Made by a program: the position numbers and the translations under genes
The notes under the pieces: model-generated
The model's database searches: none
What the model saw: only the letters and a program-made list of their open reading frames with translations
Told to the model about the DNA's origin: nothing
In this document: positions 51,471 through 61,231 of the stretch, in pieces
How the letters are laid out: every line of letters starts with the position of its first letter
How positions within the stretch are numbered: position 1 is the first letter of the stretch
DNA from: Kiritimatiellia bacterium
GTDB taxonomy: Bacteria > Verrucomicrobiota > Kiritimatiellia > RFP12 > UBA1067
Direction of reading: 5' to 3'
Length of the DNA stretch: 64,000 bases
Assembly: GCA_050949565.1 (NCBI GenBank)
Contig: JBMNFY010000020.1
Span: 60,215-124,214 of the forward strand

Positions 51471-52967
51471 ATGAAAAAAAGTTTGGCAGTCACCTTGTTG
51501 CGAATGTTGATTGGGTGGCATTTCCTGTATGAGGGAATTTGGAAGTTGATCCAGCCCGGCGGTTGGTCATCAGCCGGATACCTGCGCATGAGTTCGTGGT
51601 TTGCCGCGCCGCTGTTCAAGATGATCGCCGATACGCCTTGGCTCCTGCGGATCGTCGATCTAGTCAACATGTGGGGACTGACGCTGATCGGCTTGGCGTT
51701 GATTATCGGTATATTGGTGCGACCGGCCGCGGCGGCTGGCATCTTGCTGTTGGCGTTTTACTACGTGGCGCAGCCGCCTTTCCTGTCGGCTTATGCTTAT
51801 TCCGAGGGCCACTTCCTCTTTATCGATCGTAATGTTGTCGAGGCGGTGGCATTGCTGGTTGTCATGCTGGTACCGTCATACGGGCTGGGCTCCTATCTGG
51901 CCTCCTTGCCGCGTACCTGTTTCAAGCGCAGCCTGCGAAAAGCCAAAGAGGGGGTACAGGGTGAACCGGTCGCCTCCACCGCTCGCCGCGATCTGTTGCT
52001 GAGCCTCAGCTCGCTGCCGGTACTGGGGGCCTTCGGTTATGCGCTCTTCCGTCGGCACGGGCGTGTGTGGGAGCGCGAGAACCTGCTGGCCCAGCCGGAT
52101 GCCGTGACGAGTGCGACCGTCAAGACCTTTAGCTTCGTCGATGTTAAAGACCTCAAAAAGCCCATCGATCAATATGGGACAATCGGTTCACTCAAGTTAA
52201 GCCGTATGATTCTGGGCGGCAACCTGATCGGCGGTTGGGCGCACGCACGCGACCTGCTCTATACGGACAAGTTGGTCAAGGCGTACCATGAAGACTGGCG
52301 CGTGTTCCGCACGTTCAAGATGGCCGAGGCGTGCGGGATCAATTCGATTTTGACGAACCCGGCGTTGATGCGGGTGATCAATGATTACTGGCAAAAAGAG
52401 GGTGGTAAGATCATGTTCCTCTCGGATTGCGGTCACAAGGATGGTTTGATCCGCGGTGCGCAACTATCGGTTGAGCGGGGAGCCTCGGCGGTGTACACGC
52501 ACGGGGGAATCTCCGACAGAATGGCCGAGAAAGGTGACTACAAGCAGTTCGCGCAAGTTTTGGAGGGCATGCGTAAGCTCGGAGTACCGGTTGGCATTGG
52601 CGCGCATAAACTCGAGACGATCAAGTTTTGTGTCGAGCATGACTTGGTGCCCGATTTCTGGATGAAGACACTGCACCAATTGAACTATTGGTCGGCTCGC
52701 CCAGATGGTCCGCAACACGACAATATCTGGTGCATGAACCCGGAAGAGACCGTGGCGTTTATGGAAAAGCTGGAGCAGCCGTGGATCGCTTTCAAAGTGT
52801 TGGCGGCCGGTGCGCTCCGCCCCCAAGAGGCGTTCCCTTATGCGTTCAAGAGCGGGGCGGACTTCATTTGCGTCGGTATGTATGATTTCCAGATTGTTGA
52901 GGACGTGAATCTGCTTACGGGCATTCTGGATCAGCCTGTTGAGCGCAAGCGGCCTTGGCGCGCGTAA
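51471..52967 (+). CDS. DoxX-family membrane domain fused to an aldo/keto-reductase-like TIM barrel
   Basis: LRMLIGWHFLYEG; internal ARRDLL; SRMILGGN; AFKVLAAG. Confidence 0.8.
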   Translation: MKKSLAVTLLRMLIGWHFLYEGIWKLIQPGGWSSAGYLRMSSWFAAPLFKMIADTPWLLRIVDLVNMWGLTLIGLALIIGILVRPAAAAGILLLAFYYVAQPPFLSAYAYSEGHFLFIDRNVVEAVALLVVMLVPSYGLGSYLASLPRTCFKRSLRKAKEGVQGEPVASTARRDLLLSLSSLPVLGAFGYALFRRHGRVWERENLLAQPDAVTSATVKTFSFVDVKDLKKPIDQYGTIGSLKLSRMILGGNLIGGWAHARDLLYTDKLVKAYHEDWRVFRTFKMAEACGINSILTNPALMRVINDYWQKEGGKIMFLSDCGHKDGLIRGAQLSVERGASAVYTHGGISDRMAEKGDYKQFAQVLEGMRKLGVPVGIGAHKLETIKFCVEHDLVPDFWMKTLHQLNYWSARPDGPQHDNIWCMNPEETVAFMEKLEQPWIAFKVLAAGALRPQEAFPYAFKSGADFICVGMYDFQIVEDVNLLTGILDQPVERKRPWRA

Positions 52968-53054
52968 GACACGCATAGGAGCAATTGGTGACGACCGGTT
53001 TTGGACGAGCCCGTGTGTAGGGCGGGAATCAATGACGAGGAATAGATTGAACAA

Positions 53055-53900
53055 ATGAAAACGAGTATGTCGACGATCGCCGCGCTGGCGTTGCTGCTGT
53101 GTGCAGGCTGTTTTGAGAACCGTGAGGCCCCGTACCGGCCCGTTACGGCACGTTCATTGGATGAGGCCATCACGAATCAGGCTGCGGTCGAGCGTGTCAT
53201 TCTTGCCAAACAGAACCTTTCCGGCTTTCCGCGAGAGCTGGCCAGTATGCCGAAGCTTACTGTGTTGGAACTGCGCGGGACACAAGGGTTAGGCACGTTG
53301 GAGGGACTCGCTGACCTGAAGGCGTTGAAACAGTTAGACCTGTCCGCTACGCAGATGGAAACGGTACCGGATGCGGTGTTTGCGTTGGCCGGACTCGAAA
53401 GGCTCTATCTGTCAGACAACAAGATCAAGGAACTGCCAGCGGCCATCGGCAATCTGACCGCGCTCTCTTACCTCAATTTGGATGTCAACCAACTCGGCGC
53501 GTTGCCGCCCGAATTGGGTCAGATCAGTGGGTTGCGCTGGCTGAGGTTGAACAGCAACAAATTGACCGCTTTGCCGCAGGAACTCGCCGGGTTGAAGCGC
53601 CTGCAGCGCATCTACCTGCGCGACAACCTTTTGACGACGGTTCCAGAATGCCTCAAGGACCTGCCCCTGTTGGAGGACATTAGTCTCAGCGGCAATAAAG
53701 TGACGCAGATACCGCCGTGGGTGACCCAGTTGCCAAAACTGCGTCAGGTGGATCTGAACGGCTGCCCGGTGAGCAAGCTGCCGGATGATTTGTCGGGCTG
53801 GACCTCTTTGCAGGTGCTCTCTCTGGTGCGCTGTCCGATCGACGACACGGAGAAGGCGCGCATACGTGCCGCACTGCCAAAGGTTCATGTCGCCTTCTGA
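53055..53900 (+). CDS. Leucine-rich-repeat lipoprotein
   Basis: LCAGC lipobox; 23-aa LxxLxLxxN repeats. Confidence 0.9.
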   Translation: MKTSMSTIAALALLLCAGCFENREAPYRPVTARSLDEAITNQAAVERVILAKQNLSGFPRELASMPKLTVLELRGTQGLGTLEGLADLKALKQLDLSATQMETVPDAVFALAGLERLYLSDNKIKELPAAIGNLTALSYLNLDVNQLGALPPELGQISGLRWLRLNSNKLTALPQELAGLKRLQRIYLRDNLLTTVPECLKDLPLLEDISLSGNKVTQIPPWVTQLPKLRQVDLNGCPVSKLPDDLSGWTSLQVLSLVRCPIDDTEKARIRAALPKVHVAF

Positions 53901-54921
53901 CACCGTGAGCGTCCAGTCCCCAACGCATCGCCTTCAATGTTCACCCGCAGAGTGGCAGGATTGGCGTTGGCAGATGCGCCATGCAGTCGTCGGTCCCGTG
54001 CCCGAACTCGCGGCGTACGGCGTTGACCTCGACATGGCGGAGCGGGTACACCACCGTTATCCGATCCGGCTGACACCGTATGCTTTATCGCTGTTACGTC
54101 CGGGAGCCCCCGCCGATCCGCTCGCGCTGCAAGCCTTGCCTGCGGCGGCTGAGCTAATTGATGAGCCCGGCATGACGGCAGACCCGTTTCACGAAACCGC
54201 GCAGGCGGCCTGTTGCCACGGTCTCAAGCAGCGTTTTCCCGACCGTGTGCTGGTGATGGCGCATGACCAATGTGCCATGGCCTGCCGACATTGTACCCGC
54301 AAAGGGCTGCTCGGTACGGCCGACGTCGTGCGTACGCCGTCGCAGGTGGCGCAAGCCGTGGCGTGGGTGCAGGCGCACCCCCAGGTGCGCGAGGTGCTGC
54401 TTTCGGGGGGCGATCCGTTACTGCTCTCCGACCGCAGACTGATAGGACTGGTACGCGCTTTTGCTCGCTTGCCTCAGATCGATGCCGTGCGCATCGGTAC
54501 CCGTGTGCCGGTGACGCTGCCCATGCGCGTGACGCCGGAACTGGCGCGTGCGCTGGGGGTTTCCAAGAAGGTCTGGGTCAACACCCAATTCAACCACGCG
54601 CGCGAAATCACTCCGGAGGCAGTCACGGCGTGCGCGTGCTTGGTGGACGCGGGGATCCCCGTCTCCAATCAAACCGTGCTGCTCAAGGGTGTCAACGATT
54701 CGGTTGAGGCGCTCTTCGCGCTCTGCGCGGGCCTGCAGCGCATCCGCGTGCGGCCGTATTATGTGTTTCTGTGCGATCCGGTTGCGGGGATCGCGCACTT
54801 CCGCGTGTCGTTGCGACGCGCCCGTTCGCTCGAACGTGAGTTGGCAGAACGGATCGGCGGTCTTGCGTTGCCGCGTTTTGTGATGGACGTACCGGGCGCG
54901 CTGTGTAAACGACCGATTTAG
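53887..54921 (+). CDS. KamA family radical SAM aminomutase (lysine 2,3-aminomutase/EpmB-like)
   Basis: CAMACRHCTRK, LSGGDPL, RIGTRVP, NQTVLLKGVND, RPYY. Confidence 0.9.
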   Translation: MSPSDTVSVQSPTHRLQCSPAEWQDWRWQMRHAVVGPVPELAAYGVDLDMAERVHHRYPIRLTPYALSLLRPGAPADPLALQALPAAAELIDEPGMTADPFHETAQAACCHGLKQRFPDRVLVMAHDQCAMACRHCTRKGLLGTADVVRTPSQVAQAVAWVQAHPQVREVLLSGGDPLLLSDRRLIGLVRAFARLPQIDAVRIGTRVPVTLPMRVTPELARALGVSKKVWVNTQFNHAREITPEAVTACACLVDAGIPVSNQTVLLKGVNDSVEALFALCAGLQRIRVRPYYVFLCDPVAGIAHFRVSLRRARSLERELAERIGGLALPRFVMDVPGALCKRPI

Positions 54922-54941
54922 GCTTAGCCTTCATTTAAGTT

Positions 54942-56030
54942 TTAGTCATTCCGGTGGAACATGTAGCATATCAAGCCTGCACTTGCGCCGCCCAGATGCG
55001 CCAGCGCGGATACGTTGCTGAAGCCGGATACTTGCGTAAGGACGCCGAACAACTGCAGCGCGACCCAGACCCAAAATGCCGCGCGCGCAGATATGGACAG
55101 CCAGTGGGCACCCATCAGGTACCGGAAGAACAGCTTGAGCCTCACGTTCGGGAACTTCGATGCGTAGAATGCAAGAATTCCCGAAATGCCGCCGCTCGCG
55201 CCAACACAAGGAACTGTAGAACTCGGGTCCGCGAGAATGTGTACGATGTTGCCAAGTAGTGACGCGCCAACAATCAGGAGCAAAAAATGTTTCCAGCCCA
55301 ACCAGTCTTCCACATTGTCTCCGAAAACCAGAAGGAAATACAAGTTGCCCAGTAGATGCGCAATGCCACCGTGCAGGAAGAATGAGGACACGAACGTCAG
55401 ACCGCCAAGACGGCCCGCTTGTGCCGGCACGAGACCGTATTGCTGAATGGCGGCCGGGAGGTCTCCCAGTGTTGCGAGCCCTACCATCACGATGAGTGTC
55501 CCCAGTGTCCACGTCACCCATGGCCGGCTCCGGCATATACTGGCCCCTTGTTCGATGGGAAGCCCGAACAAGCCCGGAATCCACTGCCACCAGACGTCGG
55601 GCATGCTGCCGCTGCTTTCCAACTCCCTTGCCTCACGGATGCGTTCGATCTCCAAGATTGCCAGCCGCTGGCGCATCTCCGGCGGGAGCGTCTCCTCCCA
55701 AGAAGGCGTGCGGGGGATCTTGGGCATTGCTTCCTCTTCGCCGATATCGAACCAGACGAACTGGCACCGGGTGCAGACGTCGATAAAAAGTCGCTTTTCG
55801 TCGGCAGGCACCTCGACCATACGGCTCATACAGGCCGGACACGTATGGATCGCAGGAAAGGCTCCGGATCGCGCAGCTAGCCAGACCGCGTTCACGACCT
55901 TTGCCGGGACGCTTTTCCGAAGCAAGGCAATCGTGGCGGAGCGGCCCGAGCAGGACGGACATCGCCAAAACACTCCGGTCCGGCTTTTGACCGTCTCCAT
56001 CGCAATCTTGCATTTTGGACAACTATACAC
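54942..56030 (-). CDS. Rhomboid intramembrane serine protease with N-terminal Zn-ribbon domains
   Basis: Four CxxC motifs; HGGIAHLLGN, GASG, AHLGG. Confidence 0.92.
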   Translation of the reverse strand: MYSCPKCKIAMETVKSRTGVFWRCPSCSGRSATIALLRKSVPAKVVNAVWLAARSGAFPAIHTCPACMSRMVEVPADEKRLFIDVCTRCQFVWFDIGEEEAMPKIPRTPSWEETLPPEMRQRLAILEIERIREARELESSGSMPDVWWQWIPGLFGLPIEQGASICRSRPWVTWTLGTLIVMVGLATLGDLPAAIQQYGLVPAQAGRLGGLTFVSSFFLHGGIAHLLGNLYFLLVFGDNVEDWLGWKHFLLLIVGASLLGNIVHILADPSSTVPCVGASGGISGILAFYASKFPNVRLKLFFRYLMGAHWLSISARAAFWVWVALQLFGVLTQVSGFSNVSALAHLGGASAGLICYMFHRND

Positions 56031-56213
56031 GCCCGCGCCCCACCGTCTGCCCGTCTTTTACACGAACCGTTACAGGCTTCCTTTCTTCCAGTACTCGACC
56101 ATCGGTGGTCATGGTACGCGGTTAAGGTGAGGGCGTCAACCACGCGCAAAAACAAACGTTGAAGGCGTCTTGACTCTCAGGGCAGGAAAAACTACAGTGG
56201 CACCGTTGGTTGG

Positions 56214-57176
56214 TTGTGCAACTTGTACAATAGTGAGGTGTTTGTGACTGTATTCAGACCTGTCATGTGGTGTTTGGTCGCGGCAACGACGGCGTTCGGT
56301 GCTGCGGATGGTGCGTTCGCGCCGCTCTTTAACGGCAAGGAGCTGTCGGGATGGATGATGCCGACCGGCAAGCCGCCAGCCTTCGCGGTCGCAGACGGCA
56401 TTCTTGAGACGCGCGTTCCGAATGGCAGCGACATTTTCACGACGGCGTGGTACGGCAATTATGTGTTGCGCTTCGAGTATCTGCTCTCCAAAGTCGGAAA
56501 TAGCGGCGTGTTGATCCGTTGCGATCCCAAGAATCCGTGGGGCACCGGCGTGGAGGTGCAGTTGCTGGCGCCGTGGACGCCACACCGTGATGACCTGCAT
56601 TGTACGGGATCGTTGTACGGATATGTCGCGGTGACCAATCGGCCCGACGAGACGACCGGCATCTGGCACCGGATGGAAATCCGCTGTGACCGCAATACGG
56701 TCGAAGTCTCGGTGGATGGAAAACTCACGACCCGCGCAGATACCCTCGCGGTCAAGGCACTCAATGCGAAACTGCTGTCCGGCGCGATCGGCTTTCAGTC
56801 TAACCACAGCAAGCAGGGAGAGTTCGCGCAGTTCCGCAAGATCGAACTCCGTGATTTGGACAGGGAGCCGGATTATGTGCTGGCGGGCTTTTCGCATGCG
56901 GATGAACGTTTCCGTGTGCAGGCGCGCGAGGCGGCGGTGGCGCTCGGCCCTGTGATGATCGTCCCGCTTGTGCGGACGATGGAAGGGGAGTCGGTCATGG
57001 CGCGCAGTGTGGCGCGGCAGGCGCTGTTCGACATTACGGCGGCTGCCAGCGCGCCGCAGGCGGATGCGGCGGTGCGCGATGCGGCGTCGCGGGCGCTGCG
57101 GGAAGCGCTCGACACAAAACCGTCTGCACCGACCGCCGGATATGTGACGTGGTTGCTGGGCATGTTGCGGAAGTGA
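56214..57176 (+). CDS. DUF1080 (3-keto-disaccharide hydrolase-like) secreted protein; true start probably slightly downstream
   Basis: LFNGKELSGW, GNSGV, EVQL, GSLYG, IGFQ, FRKI. Confidence 0.88.
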   Translation: MCNLYNSEVFVTVFRPVMWCLVAATTAFGAADGAFAPLFNGKELSGWMMPTGKPPAFAVADGILETRVPNGSDIFTTAWYGNYVLRFEYLLSKVGNSGVLIRCDPKNPWGTGVEVQLLAPWTPHRDDLHCTGSLYGYVAVTNRPDETTGIWHRMEIRCDRNTVEVSVDGKLTTRADTLAVKALNAKLLSGAIGFQSNHSKQGEFAQFRKIELRDLDREPDYVLAGFSHADERFRVQAREAAVALGPVMIVPLVRTMEGESVMARSVARQALFDITAAASAPQADAAVRDAASRALREALDTKPSAPTAGYVTWLLGMLRK

Positions 57177-57193
57177 CGGAATAGGGGGGGGGC

Positions 57194-58480
57194 ATGATGA
57201 AGACGAACATCGGACGCAGAAATTTTTTGAAACAGTCGGGAGCGACGCTCTTTTACGGGGCGCTGATCACGCGGGCGCAAACGCCGCCGAGCGAGCGCAT
57301 CAGGGTTGCGCACGTCGGAACCGGTGGCATGGGTGGCGCGCATATCAATGCATTCTCCGCCATGCCGGATGTTGAGACGGTCGCGCTGTGCGACGTAGAC
57401 AGCACGCGGCTGGCGGCGAGTGCTCAACGTCTCGTGCAGCGCAAGCCGACGGCCAAGCCGCAGACCTACGCCGATTACCGGCGTATTCTTGAGCGCAAGG
57501 ATATCGATGTGGTGACCTGCGCCACGCCGGACCATTGGCACGCCTTGGTCGCGATCCATGCGTTCGAGGCCGGCAAGGACGTGTACGGTGAAAAGCCGCT
57601 CTCCTACTCATTGCGTGAAGGGCAACGCATGGAACAGACCCAGCGCCGGACCGGGGCGGTGTTTCAACTCGGGACGCAAATCCACGCCGGTGACAACTAC
57701 CATCGCGTGGCGGAGATCATCCAATCCGGTGTTCTGGGCAAGATCGGCACCGTCCGCCTGTGGAAGACCGGCGGCTCGCGCGGATTCGGATTCCCCGCCA
57801 ACCAAAGGCCGCCGGACACGTTGGACTGGAACATGTGGCTTGGCCCGGCGCCGTATGCGGAGTACACGCCGGTACGCTGCCACGGCACTTTCCGTTATTT
57901 CTTCGATTATTCGGGCGGCGTGTTTGCGGACTTCTGGTGCCACATCGCCGATATACTCTTCATGTCGCTGCAGCCCGAGGGGTTGACGACGATTGATGCG
58001 CGCGGCGAGGTGCCCGGGGACGGCATTGCCGACACGCCGAAGTGGATTGACGCCGATTTCGCGTTCAAGGGATTGAACGTCCATTGGACCACCAAGCCGC
58101 CGCCGGTTCCCGGAGCGGACAAGATGTCGATCGGCGCACACTTCGAAGGAGAGAAGGGGACGCTCACCTGCGACTATGAAACGCGCAAGATCCGTATCGG
58201 TAAAGAGGTGCTGGACGATCTGCCGAATGTGCCGGTGACGCTGCCGCGCTCGCCCGGTCATCATCGCAATTTCTTGGATGCGGTCAAAAGCCGGGGCGTG
58301 CCCGAAAGCAATCTGCCGTATGTTCGGAAAATGACGCTGCCCATGCACCTCGCGCTGGCTTCGTTCCGCCTTAAGCGGAAAATCACTTGGGACAGCGTGA
58401 AAGAAGAAGTAGTCGGCGATCCGGCGGCCAATTATTTGCTGGATCGCGTCAACCGCAACAACGTTCAAGTGGAACCATGA
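57194..58480 (+). CDS. Tat-exported Gfo/Idh/MocA oxidoreductase
   Basis: GRRNFLK; VGTGGMG; TPDHWH; GEKP. Confidence 0.92.
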   Translation: MMKTNIGRRNFLKQSGATLFYGALITRAQTPPSERIRVAHVGTGGMGGAHINAFSAMPDVETVALCDVDSTRLAASAQRLVQRKPTAKPQTYADYRRILERKDIDVVTCATPDHWHALVAIHAFEAGKDVYGEKPLSYSLREGQRMEQTQRRTGAVFQLGTQIHAGDNYHRVAEIIQSGVLGKIGTVRLWKTGGSRGFGFPANQRPPDTLDWNMWLGPAPYAEYTPVRCHGTFRYFFDYSGGVFADFWCHIADILFMSLQPEGLTTIDARGEVPGDGIADTPKWIDADFAFKGLNVHWTTKPPPVPGADKMSIGAHFEGEKGTLTCDYETRKIRIGKEVLDDLPNVPVTLPRSPGHHRNFLDAVKSRGVPESNLPYVRKMTLPMHLALASFRLKRKITWDSVKEEVVGDPAANYLLDRVNRNNVQVEP

Positions 58481-58642
58481 AACATGAAACTTCATGAAAA
58501 ACAGGGGCACCTTGGCGGTTTCAGAAAGCGTTCAACTTTCAACGCTCAAGTAAGGCTGCAAAATTTGGAGTGCGGTGACAAGAGTCGCGCTGTGCGCGAG
58601 GTCGCGGCACCGCTTTCTCTCCGCGCTGTGCGCGGATACACT

Positions 58643-58689
58643 CTTAGTCCCCACACTTAGTCGGATACACTTAGTCTTCACTCTTAGTC
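58643..58689 (+). repeat. Four cttagtc direct repeats, period 13-14 bp
   Basis: Copies at 58643, 58656, 58670 and 58683. Confidence 0.8.
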
Positions 58690-58884
58690 GATTGCGCCAG
58701 CGACGAAGTGTTTTGGACGAAGTGCAGGGACGAAGGGACGTGTGGCCTGCGGCACCGCTTTTACAAACACCTTGCCACCAAACTCGATCGCGCGCGCGAC
58801 CGGCCAGCGCAACACCTAAAGTTTTGAAAGCGGCCACGCGTTGAAGTACACTTCCTTCATGCGGTAAACAGGAAGGAGACAAAA

Positions 58885-59856
58885 GTGTCTTACGAACGCG
58901 TGACCGAGGGAGAGCGTAACCAGATTTACGCTTTGAGGCAAGCCGGAAAAGGCATCAACGAGATAGCGCGGCAACTGGGTCGCCACAAGAGCACGGTGAG
59001 CCGCGAAGTGAAGCGAAACGCCGGGCAGCGGGGCTACCGGCCCCGCCAGGCGCACCGGAAGGCCGTGGAGCGGGCGAAGCGTCCCGGCCCGCGGCGGTTC
59101 ACCGAAGAGGTTCGGCGCTACGCGGAGGAGAAGCTCCGGCTGGGGTGGTCTCCCGAGGCGATCTGCGGGCGGGCCGGGTTGGAGGGCCGCGCGCACGTGT
59201 GCAAGGAGACGATCTACAAGCACGTGTACGCAGACGCGGAGGCGGGCGGCGACCTTTGGACGCATCTGGCGCGCGCGAAGCGCAGGCGCAAGCGGCGCTG
59301 CCCCCGTCAGGAGGGGCGCGGGCGGGGCGTGATCCCCGGCCGGCGCGGGATCGAGACGCGGCCGCCGGAAGTCGGGCTGCGTGTCGTGCCGGGGCACTGG
59401 GAGGGCGACCTCGTGGCCGGCGCGGCCGGGACGGGCTATCTCGTGACACTGGTGGAGCGGGTGACCCGGTTCGCACTGGTGGGGTGGGTGCCGACCAAGG
59501 AGGCGGACGTGGTCAGCGCCGAGATCATCCGGCTGTTCAGAGGGATCGGCGTGATCTGCACAGGGATCACGTTCGACAACGGCAGGGAGTTCGCCGGCCA
59601 CGCCGAGATATCCTGTGCCCTGGAGTTGAGGGACGGCGTGTTCTTCGCCACCCCGTACCACTCCTGGGAGCGGGGGACGAACGAGAACACGAACGGGCTG
59701 ATCCGGCGCCTGTACCCCAAGAAGTCCTCGTTCGCATCGATCGGCGCGGCGGAGCTCCGGCGGATCGACGAGTTCCTGAACGACCGTCCGAAGAAGTGTC
59801 TCGGCTGGAAGACGCCGAGGGAGGTGATGGGCGCCTTCCTTGCCGCAGCCGTGTGA
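58885..59856 (+). CDS. IS30 family transposase
   Basis: HTH IARQLGRHKSTVSRE; GHWEGDL, TFDNGREF and WERGTNENTNGLIR DDE motifs. Confidence 0.96.
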   Translation: MSYERVTEGERNQIYALRQAGKGINEIARQLGRHKSTVSREVKRNAGQRGYRPRQAHRKAVERAKRPGPRRFTEEVRRYAEEKLRLGWSPEAICGRAGLEGRAHVCKETIYKHVYADAEAGGDLWTHLARAKRRRKRRCPRQEGRGRGVIPGRRGIETRPPEVGLRVVPGHWEGDLVAGAAGTGYLVTLVERVTRFALVGWVPTKEADVVSAEIIRLFRGIGVICTGITFDNGREFAGHAEISCALELRDGVFFATPYHSWERGTNENTNGLIRRLYPKKSSFASIGAAELRRIDEFLNDRPKKCLGWKTPREVMGAFLAAAV

Positions 59857-59889
59857 GCGGCATTCTCCAGCAAAGGGCGAGACCGCATC

Positions 59890-59939
59890 CCCTTCCCCGC
59901 CCCCTCCGGCGGAATACCGCCGGAGGGGGCGGGGAAGGG
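59890..59939. terminator. Perfect 23-bp GC-rich hairpin downstream of the IS30 transposase
   Basis: cccttccccgccccctccggcgg-aata-ccgccggagggggcggggaaggg; no U-tract, so terminator function is uncertain. Confidence 0.5.
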
Positions 59940-60123
59940 CCGGCCTTGCTGTGCCCTTTCGCAACCCGGCTCCCTGCTCTGAGCCGGTTCAGCCTTGCCA
60001 AGCCCCCTCTCTCATGCCAAAATGACCCTCATTCAGCACCTGAAGGAAGCGTGCGCCCGCCAGCCAGCGGCCAGCGTTGCGCTGGCCGCTGGCTGGCGGG
60101 CCATAACCAAAGGAGAATCGGGA

Positions 60124-60402
60124 ATGAGCTTCATTGACGTCAAGAACAAGAAGGGGACAGCGGACAAGAACCCTCCCGCAGGCTATGCAAGTTGGTTGGA
60201 CTTCTGGGAAAAGAAGAAAGGAAAGAAGGCAACGCAATGCGAAGCCATGCTGTGCAAGGGCTCTCCTGATGTTGGCGGGCACGTCATCAAGGCAGGAGAG
60301 GGTAGCAAGGAGTACATCCTGCCGCTATGCTACGACTGCAATAACAAACCAGACAACGAGGTTTTCAAAGCCTGGGATTATGATTTGGTTCCGGTACAAT
60401 AG
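60124..60402 (+). CDS. 92-aa integron-cassette protein, Cys/His-rich (HNH/His-Me-finger-like)
   Basis: RBS aggag; CxxxxC...GGHV...PLCxxCN; attC directly after the stop. Confidence 0.75.
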   Translation: MSFIDVKNKKGTADKNPPAGYASWLDFWEKKKGKKATQCEAMLCKGSPDVGGHVIKAGEGSKEYILPLCYDCNNKPDNEVFKAWDYDLVPVQ

Positions 60403-60405
60403 GAT

Positions 60406-60468
60406 GTCGAACCAGAGGCTTGTGGGTATCGTCGCTAACGCGCCGAACCCACAGCCTCGCCGTTGGGC
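60406..60468 (+). other. attC site 1 (63 bp)
   Basis: R'' gtcgAAC ... R' GTTgggc; stem gaggct/agcctc and gtgggt/acccac with extrahelical bases. Confidence 0.85.
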
Positions 60469-60478
60469 AAAAGAATAA

Positions 60479-61231
60479 ATGTCACGCTATTATCGAGGTT
60501 ATCGTCGTCGTGGATTCTCCCGTAACTACTGGGGCTATCAGAATGTCTCGGAGCGTGCTCAGCTCTCAGCCATTGCAGGTGGCATTGACAAGGACATCGA
60601 AAGAATCTTTCTGAGTCTCCCATCTTACAAGCTTGAATCCGTCTTCACGCGATATGGACGCGAACACGGAAGCTCGGCCTTGTCCTACGCCCGCAATACC
60701 TATCAGAAGTGGAAGTCAGGTTCCGTTCAGATGAGTGGGAAGGTAGCTGAAAGACTTTTGAATCTGGTTCCAACCGTCCTAGATTCTGACTCACGCTTCG
60801 AACTCGTCAAGAAACTGAGGGAGGCTCATCGCAGGAAGATAAACAAGCATGTTCAGTGTGAGCCTCATGAATGGCGAAGCAAGGTAGCCCCCGAAATTGC
60901 TCAACTCCTCGCCTCAAGCGGCGAATTTCAATTGCCTGATACTGCCTTGAATCGAATTCGATGGTTGACTGATGGTGATTCACAAGCTGCTCAAAGACTG
61001 CTGGCTGCCGCAGAAGAGGAGGAGGCCGTAGCGCGGCTACGGCACCTCGAACTGGAATTCCGACGAATAGATGCCCTGATTCAAAGCGTCGAAGGCAAAA
61101 CGACCGTGAATCATCTGATTGACTTGCCACAAGGCACTGTAAGCGTGAGAATCGGTAAACCTCAGCAATCTGGGTGTTTTTCAGTTCTTTGTATTCTGAT
61201 CATTCCAATCGCTTTATTTTTCATACTATGA
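60479..61231 (+). CDS. Cassette-2 protein A: basic N-terminus, helical core, coiled coil, C-terminal TM helix
   Basis: 250-aa low-GC ORF starting 10 bp after attC1; hydrophobic C-terminus. Confidence 0.8.
   Translation: MSRYYRGYRRRGFSRNYWGYQNVSERAQLSAIAGGIDKDIERIFLSLPSYKLESVFTRYGREHGSSALSYARNTYQKWKSGSVQMSGKVAERLLNLVPTVLDSDSRFELVKKLREAHRRKINKHVQCEPHEWRSKVAPEIAQLLASSGEFQLPDTALNRIRWLTDGDSQAAQRLLAAAEEEEAVARLRHLELEFRRIDALIQSVEGKTTVNHLIDLPQGTVSVRIGKPQQSGCFSVLCILIIPIALFFIL

Larger units (their letters stand above)
58789..60100 (+). mobile_element. IS30-family insertion sequence (ends approximate)
   Basis: Perfect 13-bp IR core cggccagcgcaac (58801-58813) / gttgcgctggccg (60076-60088), extendable to 20/25; no clear target duplication. 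Confidence 0.75.

Noticed and set aside
51471-52967. DoxX-TIM-barrel fusion as a novelty
   Set aside because: I recall this architecture as recurrent in sugar-degrading PVC/Bacteroidota genomes; kept as a feature only.
58480-60123. Integron integrase or clear attI upstream of the cassettes
   Set aside because: No tyrosine-recombinase ORF and no convincing GTTRRRY start for cassette 1 was found.
59995-60123. N-terminal extension of the cassette-1 ORF to 135 aa
   Set aside because: The extension runs through the IS30 end and hairpin; the RBS supports ATG 60124.
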